Source: Deltaproteobacteria bacterium
GTDB taxonomy: Bacteria > Myxococcota_A > Polyangia > Polyangiales > Houyiibacteriaceae
DNA length: 64,000 nucleotides
Direction of reading: 5' to 3'
NCBI GenBank assembly: GCA_034670305.1
Contig: JAXMNT010000008.1
Coordinates: 128,001 to 192,000, forward strand
Shown here: positions 10,435 to 18,697 of the stretch, in pieces
Position numbering within the stretch: position 1 is the first letter of the stretch
How the letters are laid out: each line of letters starts with the position of its first letter
Position numbers and translations under genes: made by a program
Notes under the pieces: generated by a model
The model's input: the letters and a program-made list of their open reading frames with translations, nothing else
What the model was told of the DNA's origin: nothing
The model's database searches: none

Positions 10435-11315
10435 TACCGGCTCGGGTTGGGAAGCAGGTGCCGCGCGGGGTCGCGCAGCCAGCCGCGTTGACGCCATTCG
10501 AAGTGCAGATGGGGCGCGTAGGCGAACCCGGTCTCGCCCACCGTCGCGATGGTGGAAGCCCGGCGCACGTACTGCCCCGGTGAAACGAGCAGCGTGTGGC
10601 AGTGCGCGTAGAAGGTCGAGTAGCCCTCGCCGTGCAGCAACATGACGACGTTGCCGTACCCGGTGATCTCGTTGCCGGCGTACACCACGAGTCCATCGCG
10701 CGCGGCGACGATCGGAGAGCCCTCCGGCGCGCCGATGTCGATGCCGTTGTGACGGCGGTTGCGCAGCGAGCCGCGCCGGTTGCGGCCGAAGCCGCGGCCC
10801 ATGCGCCCCCCTGGAAGCGGGAACGTGAGGCGCCTCGAGTCGTCCAAATGCGCGACCGCTTCCATCCAGGGATCGAACGGACGTTTGTGCATCAACCACT
10901 TCGCCGTGTGTCGATGGCCGAGGCCGAGCTGCGCCGCGAAGGCCGCCACTTCGGGTGTGGGCGTGGGCCGTCTCAACGCGCCCGAGCAATGCTCGCGGTA
11001 ACCGCCCTGGGTGCGGCACTCGCGCGGCAGGCGGCGTCGTCTGCGGTCTGGGCGCAGGAGGTAGGCGTCGTGGTCGTTGCGGTTCCACTGGACCGGAACG
11101 GACGCCGCCAGATCGAGCCTCAACGCCCGCACCGCATCGGGTACGGGCAATGGCGCCTGGGCAGCGCTGGGTTCCCCGCGCTGGGTGTGGTGGGCGATCC
11201 GAGTGTCCCGAGCTGGGGAATGCCGTGGCTGCGCCACGACGTGTGCGGCCGTCCAGAGCGCCGCGAGACAGAGACAGCCATGGGCGAGCCGAGGTCGTCT
11301 AAGGGAACGGAACAC
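10434..11315 (-). CDS. Secreted M23 family metallopeptidase
   Basis: Signal peptide; HNGID, YGNVV, FYAHC, PHLHFE. Confidence 0.88.
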   Translation of the reverse strand: MFRSLRRPRLAHGCLCLAALWTAAHVVAQPRHSPARDTRIAHHTQRGEPSAAQAPLPVPDAVRALRLDLAASVPVQWNRNDHDAYLLRPDRRRRRLPRECRTQGGYREHCSGALRRPTPTPEVAAFAAQLGLGHRHTAKWLMHKRPFDPWMEAVAHLDDSRRLTFPLPGGRMGRGFGRNRRGSLRNRRHNGIDIGAPEGSPIVAARDGLVVYAGNEITGYGNVVMLLHGEGYSTFYAHCHTLLVSPGQYVRRASTIATVGETGFAYAPHLHFEWRQRGWLRDPARHLLPNPSR

Positions 11316-11371
11316 ACCGCGATCCTACCCGAGAAGTTGTGTCGAGCGGCGGAGAAGCACATCCTACCGCC

Positions 11372-11869
11372 GTGGATGAAGAGCAAGCATGGCGTCTGAT
11401 CGGAGAAGCCCGCGCGATCGATCAGAGCCCTGACGCGATGGCCCGCCATCTCGTGCATGTCCTGACCGATGCGGGAAACGCCCGACACATCCAGCGCTTC
11501 GACGAGATCTTCTCGCGTTGGATGCTGCGCGGCTACCGATGGGATCTGTGGGGTGTGTCCGGCCTCGTCTCTGGTGGCCACGGCGACCAAGAGAGCTTCA
11601 TGGCGTTCCGGAGCTGGCTGGTCTCACTCGGCCAAGAGGCGTTCGACAAGGCGCTGGAGGACCCCGACTCTCTCGCGCCGTTCTTGGTCTCGGCCCCGTC
11701 CGGTGAACCGCTCTGCTACGTCGCCCGAGACGCGTACGAAGCGGTCGAGGGGTCGGAGCTCCCCACACCCACACTCGACCTCTTCGCCGAGCCGCACGGG
11801 CAACCGATCCCGGCCAGTGATCTGACGACGCAGTTCCCGAAGATCGCCGCGGCGCTCGGGCTCTCCTGA
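11372..11869 (+). CDS. DUF4240 domain protein
   Basis: MDEEQAWRLI...YRWDLWG...SFMAFRSWLVSLGQEAFDKALEDPDSL...FPKI pattern. Confidence 0.75.
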   Translation: MDEEQAWRLIGEARAIDQSPDAMARHLVHVLTDAGNARHIQRFDEIFSRWMLRGYRWDLWGVSGLVSGGHGDQESFMAFRSWLVSLGQEAFDKALEDPDSLAPFLVSAPSGEPLCYVARDAYEAVEGSELPTPTLDLFAEPHGQPIPASDLTTQFPKIAAALGLS

Positions 11870-11883
11870 GTCTGCGCCTAGTC

Positions 11884-11926
11884 CGCGAACAGCTTCGGTT
11901 CGACTTCGGTCGAACTCAGGTTCGCG
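11884..11926. terminator. Hairpin between convergent genes (possible bidirectional terminator)
   Basis: GTTCGAC-TTCG-GTCGAAC (11898-11915, C(UUCG)G tetraloop) with outer GCGAAC/GTTCGC pairing. Confidence 0.45.
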
Positions 11927-12302
11927 CCAAAGTCGGTCGGACAAAAGGGCGGGGTTCGGTCCCTCCGAGATGCCGGCGCGTCTCCGGGTTGGCCCAACAG
12001 ACGTAGAGCGCGTACGCCGCGTAGAACGTGCCGATCGGGAACGTGAGGATGAGGCAGAGCGCCACGAGCGTCTGAAGGGACCGGCCGCGGCCACGGCCCA
12101 AGCGGAAAACGAGGATGAGGTGCGCGATGGCCAGCACCCCGGTCACGCCGCCGACGGTCGCTCCGGTGAACGCCGCGAGCTGACTGGTGCGCTCGGCGTC
12201 GAGGTACGGGTAGGTCCACGTCATGAGCGCCAAGACCGACACCGTTCCGGCGATCGCGCTGAGGACCAGGTTCATTCCGCGGAGGACGTTGAGGCTCGAC
12301 AT
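11916..12302 (-). CDS. Small integral membrane protein (about 3-4 TM)
   Basis: Hydrophobic segments; FPIGTFYAAYALYV. Confidence 0.7.
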   Translation of the reverse strand: MSSLNVLRGMNLVLSAIAGTVSVLALMTWTYPYLDAERTSQLAAFTGATVGGVTGVLAIAHLILVFRLGRGRGRSLQTLVALCLILTFPIGTFYAAYALYVCWANPETRRHLGGTEPRPFVRPTLART

Positions 12303-12457
12303 GACCCGCCCCTTCGCAAGGGTCGTGCCGTTGTGAACCGACTTGGAAGTCAGTGAAATCGATGGTGCGGGTTGAGGATGCGCACACGATCGCAACCGCT
12401 CACAGCGGGTGTGACGCGTGACGGTCGCCGGTGTGACGCGTCACATCGGTCGCCTGA

Positions 12458-13582
12458 TCAGCGGGGGTGAAAGTCGAATGGGTAGTCCAGCTCTGTCCGC
12501 CCCCCACGCCACCCGGGGAAACGCCAACGGCCGACCTCCGCGAGCAGACAACGATCGAGCCGGGGCGTCGGACGCGGGAAGCTGGATTCGAGGACGACCC
12601 GTGAGCCGACCGACCCAGACGGGAGGATCGTGAACCGAACCGTGACCAGCCCTTCGAACCCAGGATGCCGTCGCTCGGCCGCCCGTTGGCAGGCGCGCAC
12701 GTGCCGCATCCGGCGCTGGACCACCCGCGCGATCTCGGGACGGGCCGCGGGCCCCTCGGGGAGGATGTCGCGCCTCCGCCCACGCGCATCTGGCGTCGGC
12801 TCGGGGAGCAGCCAGTCCGGCACGTCCGAATTGAACCGAAGCCCCTGGGCGATTTGGGTGGGCGCACTGGACACCGGGAAACGCCACCCCGATGCCTGCC
12901 CCTCGAGACATCGAGCCAGCGCTTCGGGCAACTCGGTGGCGGCACTCGCGCTCACTGCACCAGCCGCAGACACGGTGAAGCTCAGCTGCCCGTCCCCCTC
13001 GAACGGAGCGCGGTGCCGAAGGTGAAACGCGTAGCACGCCCGCAGCTCCGCGAGCCGGGTCGAAAGCGTCCGACGAACGACGACGGAGGAGAGCGGCCCA
13101 CGAACCTCGAGCAGGCGCAGCAGAACCTGCGCTGCGGAGGCGGCCTGGTCGGCTCCTTGACTCGGCACGGATTGCGCCGGCAATCCGATCGGCGGAGCCT
13201 GGTCTCCGTGAATCCGGACGGTCACCACGCTCACCCCGTGGCGGGCGGGAAAGCTGGCCCGCCGAAGCACGGGTTCGATGCACGCGCGCACGGGTTCGGA
13301 AAGTGCCACGCCCGGATCGACCAGGCGCAGTCCCACCACACGTCCGTTCCGTCCGATGGTGATCTCGTAGACCACGCTGGGGTGGGTGGACTGCTCGAGG
13401 CAGGTTCGGATCGATGGCTGCTGCAAGTACAGCGCGGCGAACAGGGGGGCTCCAACGAGCGGCCCGGACACTTCGGCCACCAGCGAGAGCGGTTCGTCCG
13501 CTCGCGCGGCTTCCCCGCCGTCTTGCGCTTCTGCGTGCGACGCGAAGGCAACTGCAACCACCAGAGTGAGGAGGATCTTCAT
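12458..13582 (-). CDS. Secreted protein with three AgmX/PglI C-terminal (TonB-C-like) domains
   Basis: Signal MKILLTLVVAVAFASHAEA-Q; three units of R.C...F/ITI...G.V...C......FP. Confidence 0.8.
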   Translation of the reverse strand: MKILLTLVVAVAFASHAEAQDGGEAARADEPLSLVAEVSGPLVGAPLFAALYLQQPSIRTCLEQSTHPSVVYEITIGRNGRVVGLRLVDPGVALSEPVRACIEPVLRRASFPARHGVSVVTVRIHGDQAPPIGLPAQSVPSQGADQAASAAQVLLRLLEVRGPLSSVVVRRTLSTRLAELRACYAFHLRHRAPFEGDGQLSFTVSAAGAVSASAATELPEALARCLEGQASGWRFPVSSAPTQIAQGLRFNSDVPDWLLPEPTPDARGRRRDILPEGPAARPEIARVVQRRMRHVRACQRAAERRHPGFEGLVTVRFTILPSGSVGSRVVLESSFPRPTPRLDRCLLAEVGRWRFPGWRGGRTELDYPFDFHPR

Positions 13583-13584
13583 GA

Positions 13585-14832
13585 TCAATTGGGGGCGAAG
13601 ACGAACGGGTAGTTGATGTGGAGCAGTCCCGTCGATGCGGGGAACCTCCAGCGCCGGACCCGATCGAGCACACATGTGTAGAGCGCGGGGGTGGGCTGGG
13701 TGATCGTCGTACGGACGACGGATGCATCCGCGACTTGGCCGGTGGGCAAGATGGTGAACCCGACCGTCAGGGTGCCCGCCACGGTGCGGTCCGCGAGGTA
13801 CGCGGTCTGGTAGCAGGTGCGCAGCTCGTGGGTGTGGCGCCGCACCACCCGCACGATCTCCGGGTGCCGCGTCCCGCCCGGAGGGGTGGTCCCGCGGACC
13901 CGCACCATGGGGGTGGGACTGCGCTCGCGAACCTGCCCGAGGATCCCCGGACCCTGCGCCTGCATGGTGAACCGAAGTGTCTGCTGGATCTCGGTGGGCG
14001 AGGCCGCTTCGGCGAAGCGCCACGCCCGTACCCGCTGGTCGATGCACCGGGACAGCTGCGCGGGTGGCGTGGCGCCCTGTTCGCGGACAGCGGCGACGCT
14101 GCCGTCCGGAGACACCGTCAGCGTCAGTTCGGTGGTGCCCTGGAATGGCAACCCGCGCCCAACCTGTGCTTCGTAGCAACGCCGAAGCTCCGCGGTTCGG
14201 CGCCCGGCCGTCCTGCGGACCACCGCCGCCGAGAGTCCCCCACGCACCCGAACGGTGCGCAGCCGCACGCGCGCGTGGCTCCGCGCCGGCACCCTTCCCA
14301 ACACGTTCCCGCCCCCCGCAGTTCTGGCCACGACCCCGCCGTTGCCCCGCAGCGCCAGCACCCCGCCAGAGTCGCTCGAGCGCAGGGCGCCGAGCAGCAT
14401 GGCCTGCGCCTCGTCGCGTTGAATGCGGACGCTCGCCACGCTGGCGGCGCGCTGCGCCGGAAACCTCGCCTGCCGCAGCACCCGAACCAAGCACGCACGC
14501 ACGGCTTCGGGCTGAGCCTCCGCGGCATCGGTCGTGGAGACGAGCTGCAGATCGGACACGCGCCCATTGCGGCCGATCGTGATCTTGTACTCGGCGCTGC
14601 GATCGGTCGGCTCGACGCAGGACCGAACCGATGGCTGCAGTGAGTTCAGCGACGTCACCAACGCTTCGCCCGAGAGGGGGCCCGACTCTTCGGCGGTCAG
14701 ACGAAGCGGCGTGGTGGATCGCGTCCCGCTGGCGCGTCGAATGGGATCGGTCTGCGCGTGCGTGGCCGCTGGAAGCAGCGCGCAGAGCACGGCAGCGGCG
14801 GAGACCACCGACGGAAGCGCAGACCTCTTCAT
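13585..14832 (-). CDS. Secreted protein with three AgmX/PglI C-terminal domains (paralog of the preceding gene)
   Basis: Signal ...ATHA-Q; LRRCYE, LRTCYQ, FTILPTGQV, WRFP, YPFVF. Confidence 0.82.
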   Translation of the reverse strand: MKRSALPSVVSAAAVLCALLPAATHAQTDPIRRASGTRSTTPLRLTAEESGPLSGEALVTSLNSLQPSVRSCVEPTDRSAEYKITIGRNGRVSDLQLVSTTDAAEAQPEAVRACLVRVLRQARFPAQRAASVASVRIQRDEAQAMLLGALRSSDSGGVLALRGNGGVVARTAGGGNVLGRVPARSHARVRLRTVRVRGGLSAAVVRRTAGRRTAELRRCYEAQVGRGLPFQGTTELTLTVSPDGSVAAVREQGATPPAQLSRCIDQRVRAWRFAEAASPTEIQQTLRFTMQAQGPGILGQVRERSPTPMVRVRGTTPPGGTRHPEIVRVVRRHTHELRTCYQTAYLADRTVAGTLTVGFTILPTGQVADASVVRTTITQPTPALYTCVLDRVRRWRFPASTGLLHINYPFVFAPN

Positions 14833-14848
14833 GTGCACTCGTCTGCCT

Positions 14849-15709
14849 TCAGGTGCTGGGGCGGAAGATGAAGGGATACTCCACTGCGATGGAGCCGCCC
14901 TCGAAGGTCGGGAACCGGATGGCACGCGTCACGTTCAGAATGCACGCCTCGGTCTCGGGGTGCTCCAGGCTCGAGAAACGGATGTTCGCGCTCTGCACGC
15001 GGCCGTTGGCGCCGATTCGGAGGTGGACGTTCACGCGTCCCTCGAGGGCCGGTGCACGCTGAAGGGCGCGCTCGTAGCACGCACGGATGTCCTGCCGCTG
15101 CGCGGCCACGGTCGCGCGGATGGCTCGCTGCGAGAGCGTTCGCGCGGAGGGCGGACCAGCGACGTCTGCGGTGGCGGTGCCTGGTGGGGCGCCACTCGGC
15201 AGGTTGGCGCGTGGCTGCGCGGTCCCAGTCGGGTTCGCGGTCGGCGCTTGGGTGTTCGCGGTCGGAGCCGGAGCCGGAACCTGCGGTCGGAAGACCAAGG
15301 GATAGGACACGCGCACGAGACCGGGCGGTCGAGCGAAGACCATTCTCCCGGCCTCCTGAAGCACACACGTCTCGACCTCTGGACTGTCCAACGACGAATC
15401 CACGATCTCCGGCTCCCGAACCGTGCCGTCGACCTGAATGGTGAATCGAATGTTGAGACGACCCTCGAGCGTCGGCTGCGTCCGAAGCGCTGCCTCGTAG
15501 CAAGCCCGGAACGCGGGCGCATGGCCCCGGATCACATCCCGCACCGGTTGCATGGCCATCGACCCGCGCGTCGCGGGCTGGGCCTGGACTTGGCTGGCGC
15601 AGAGCACGCCGCAGAGTGCGCACAAGAAGCCAACGCCGCGATTCCTGGAGCCAGCACTGCTCCCGACACTGGGGAGACGTTGAAACGGAGTGGGTCGGGA
15701 AGTGAGCAT
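14849..15709 (-). CDS. Secreted protein with two AgmX/PglI C-terminal domains
   Basis: FRACYEAALRTQPTLEGRL...YPLVF and IRACYERALQRAPALEGRV...YPFIF; start estimated. Confidence 0.82.
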   Translation of the reverse strand: MLTSRPTPFQRLPSVGSSAGSRNRGVGFLCALCGVLCASQVQAQPATRGSMAMQPVRDVIRGHAPAFRACYEAALRTQPTLEGRLNIRFTIQVDGTVREPEIVDSSLDSPEVETCVLQEAGRMVFARPPGLVRVSYPLVFRPQVPAPAPTANTQAPTANPTGTAQPRANLPSGAPPGTATADVAGPPSARTLSQRAIRATVAAQRQDIRACYERALQRAPALEGRVNVHLRIGANGRVQSANIRFSSLEHPETEACILNVTRAIRFPTFEGGSIAVEYPFIFRPST

Positions 15710-15899
15710 GGGCAACTGGGACCAGGGGACTGAGCAGAATATTCGACGCGGCGAAGCCGAGCGAAGCGAGCAAGCCGTGTCACGCGAAAGCAACCAACCC
15801 ATGTCACCCGGACACGACTCGATGTCGTGGCCGCGCCTGCCACTGTACCCCATCCACAGACCGCATCTTCCCTGGCACGGCGCCTGCAGTCGCCCGCGC

Positions 15900-16964
15900 A
15901 TGACCTCCCCCTGGCGCACCCTGACACTGCTCCTCGCCCTTTGCTCCTTCGGCTGCTTTCGGAACCATGGCATCGACGACGTCGACTCGGGACCTGCGGC
16001 CGACGCCGGACGCGACGCGGCGTTCCCGGACGCGCCGGGTTGCTACTTCGGCGACATCGCGTTCGCGAACGAACTGACGTGTCCGGAGGAAGCGTTCGTC
16101 GGCGACACGGTGGAAGTTCGATTCGAACACTCCTCTGGAGGCTGTTGCTCGACCGGGAGCGCCACCGTGCGCGCCGTCGCCGACGGACCCAACCGCACTC
16201 GGCTCGAAGGCGACTGGGTCACCTGTGACTGCTGCGAGTTGTGCGACTGCATCGGACCGTTTCAAACCGATGCGCTCGCCATCGGCCCGCTCGCCGCGGG
16301 CACCCACACCGTCGTGGTCGCGGGCACGAGTTGCACCATCGAGGTCCGAAACGAAACGCGCACCTGCACCCCGATGGCGCCCGACACCGTGCGCGCGCCG
16401 CGCGTGCTCTTCGAAGGTCAGCCGATGGCGTTTTCTCTCGTGCAGACGGACGCGTTCGGGTGCGACTGCGATCCGACCCTGCGCCGGGTTCCGGAAGACG
16501 CGTTCACGGCGGAGCTCTGCGATTGTTGCGAGCTCTGCATGTGCGTCGACCCCGGCTACGAAGTCGCCTACCTCGGACCGCGCATCGAGACGCCACCGAC
16601 CGTCATCGACGACACCACCCTGCCCACGGAGTACCGAGACCTCGCCTCCTGCCGGCCGGTGAGTCCGACGGGGCTGCGCGTCGAGCCGCCGCACGAACGG
16701 GTCCTGCGCGACGGTCCCGCCATCTGGTGGGCCGTCGTCTCCGGCGTCGACACGGTCTGCTGCACCGAACCCTACGGCGGGGTGCGGGAGGCGTTGGTCG
16801 GCGAGGTCGGACAGCGGCTCGAACTCTACTCGTGCCATCAGGAAGACTGCGACTGCGTCGGCTCTCCGAGACCCTTCGAAGCCTGGTACCCCCTCGGCGA
16901 ACTCGCCCCAGGCGGCTACCTCTTCCACGCCGGCGAACACGAACTCAGCTTCATGGTCCCGTAG
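15900..16964 (+). CDS. Cys-rich lipoprotein with three internal repeats
   Basis: Lipobox SFG-C; CDCCELCDC, CDCCELCMC, CHQEDCDC units. Confidence 0.75.
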   Translation: MTSPWRTLTLLLALCSFGCFRNHGIDDVDSGPAADAGRDAAFPDAPGCYFGDIAFANELTCPEEAFVGDTVEVRFEHSSGGCCSTGSATVRAVADGPNRTRLEGDWVTCDCCELCDCIGPFQTDALAIGPLAAGTHTVVVAGTSCTIEVRNETRTCTPMAPDTVRAPRVLFEGQPMAFSLVQTDAFGCDCDPTLRRVPEDAFTAELCDCCELCMCVDPGYEVAYLGPRIETPPTVIDDTTLPTEYRDLASCRPVSPTGLRVEPPHERVLRDGPAIWWAVVSGVDTVCCTEPYGGVREALVGEVGQRLELYSCHQEDCDCVGSPRPFEAWYPLGELAPGGYLFHAGEHELSFMVP

Positions 16965-16967
16965 CCG

Positions 16968-18464
16968 CTACTTCCCGCGCTTCTTCTTCTTGTCGTCGTC
17001 GCCGCTCACGAGGGGCGAGAAGAAGTTGTCCTTCTTCAAGTGTTCGTCCACACGGAACGCGAACTTGTAGCTCGGCTGGCTCCGCATGTTGCAGTCGGTG
17101 CGTTCACAGAACCGGCAGGTCGTGCCCACCGGCACCGCCATCTTCTGCGGGTCGACGAAGGGCACGTCGTCCGCGTACGCGAGGTGCTTGGCGTCCTTCG
17201 CGTGGCAACCGAGACCAATGCTGTAAACGGTGCCGCGCGCGAGCGACCCGCCCCTCGGTTCGCTGACGACCTTCGCGAAACAGAAGTACGTCGAGCCGTC
17301 CGGGAAGGTCGAGTACTGCTTCGCGATCACGTTGGGGGTGAGGTACGCGAGATGAACCGCCATCTTCGGGCAGCTTCCGTCGTGGTGCGGAAACCGGATC
17401 CCGTCGCCGCTGTAGCGTTTGCTGATGTTGCCCGCGACATCGACCCGCAGGAAGTGCATTGGGACACCGCGTCGTCTCGGGTCGCCCAGGTTGCAGATCC
17501 GGTGCGCGACCGTCTCGTACGAACTCGAGAAGATCTGGGCGAGCAGCTCGACGTCGTAGCGTGTGCGGGCGACCTCTTCGTGAAACGACTCGTAGGGCAA
17601 AAGCAGTGCGCCTGCGAAGTAGTTGGCCAGATGGATCTTCACGAGCTTCGGGGTCTGCGCGTACTGCGCCGCGTACCCGCTCACGATCGGCTCGTGCAAC
17701 TTCTCCTGCTCGAAGAGCCGCAGCGCGATGGTGTGCGCGAGTTGGAACTTGAGCCGCTGATCGAACACGCCGTGTGAGAACGTCAGGGTGCGGGTCTCTT
17801 CGTCCCAGCGTCGGATGACCGAACCGGCCGCCGGCGGAGCCCACACGACTCGTACGTCCAGCGCGGCTTCTAGGGCTGCGACCAAGTCGCGTGCGGTGAC
17901 CCGATCGCCGAGGCCGTTCTGCTCTCGGAACGCGTCCGCGCGTTCCTCGAGGTCGCCGAAGTAGTTGTCGTTCTTCTCGAGGAAGTCCGTGACCTCGTCG
18001 AAGGGGTGGTAATCGAAACGAAGGCCGTCCGATCCATCCCCCTCTTTCTGCCGCTCCTCCTCGATCGACTGCAGGACGTTCTCGAGCTGCTGTCGCGCGC
18101 TTTTGTAGAGGTTGAAGAGCGCCGTGATGGTCGTGACGATCTTTGGTTCCGCGCTCAGCCCCTGCAGGTCGTCCTCGCTCAGGTTGAGCGAGCGTAAGAG
18201 TGGCTCGTCCAGGAGCTGCGCCAGGTTGTCGTCCACCCGGCCGCGGCCGAGCGACGCCATGAACGTCTCCATGGTCACGCCGTAGAGTTCGAGGGCTTTG
18301 AAGAGGATTGGCAGCTGAACCGCCCGTTTGCCCTTCTCGATCAGGGACAGGTACGCGGGGGAGATCTCGAGCTGTCGCGCGACGTCGCCTTGGGCGAGGT
18401 TGCGCTGCAGGCGGAGTTCCCGGAGTCGCTGCCCCATCGCCGCGTTGTTGGATCGTGAGGTCAC
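16968..18464 (-). CDS. ScfR/RamB/PrpR-family XRE transcriptional regulator of short-chain acyl-CoA metabolism
   Basis: N-terminal XRE HTH (LEISPAYLSLIEKGKR); ANYFAGALLLPY, ETVAHR, RVDVAGNISKR, IGLGC and C-terminal CRFCERTDCNMR. Confidence 0.92.
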   Translation of the reverse strand: MTSRSNNAAMGQRLRELRLQRNLAQGDVARQLEISPAYLSLIEKGKRAVQLPILFKALELYGVTMETFMASLGRGRVDDNLAQLLDEPLLRSLNLSEDDLQGLSAEPKIVTTITALFNLYKSARQQLENVLQSIEEERQKEGDGSDGLRFDYHPFDEVTDFLEKNDNYFGDLEERADAFREQNGLGDRVTARDLVAALEAALDVRVVWAPPAAGSVIRRWDEETRTLTFSHGVFDQRLKFQLAHTIALRLFEQEKLHEPIVSGYAAQYAQTPKLVKIHLANYFAGALLLPYESFHEEVARTRYDVELLAQIFSSSYETVAHRICNLGDPRRRGVPMHFLRVDVAGNISKRYSGDGIRFPHHDGSCPKMAVHLAYLTPNVIAKQYSTFPDGSTYFCFAKVVSEPRGGSLARGTVYSIGLGCHAKDAKHLAYADDVPFVDPQKMAVPVGTTCRFCERTDCNMRSQPSYKFAFRVDEHLKKDNFFSPLVSGDDDKKKKRGK

Positions 18465-18514
18465 GACCGGATCCTGTTGCAGTGCGCCATCTCGGTTCCC
18501 GTTTAGTGGACCAC

Positions 18515-18556
18515 TTTACAGCTGTCGAGCGGATCTGTTAACAGCTTGTCAAGCGG
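18515..18556. promoter_or_regulatory. Candidate operator (imperfect direct repeat) in the divergent regulator/ecm promoter
   Basis: TTTACAGCTGTCGAGCGG and GTTAACAGCTTGTCAAGCGG about 22 bp apart. Confidence 0.4.
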
Positions 18557-18697
18557 CGCCACCTCGGAACCGGCCACGTTTCGACGGCTTGACCGTGCTT
18601 CGCGGCGTGTTACGCATTGCGTCATGCGCCCTTGGGGGAGTGTGCTGTAAAAAGCTTCTTCCTCACCCCGCCCCCGACCGCACGGAGACCGACCGAC

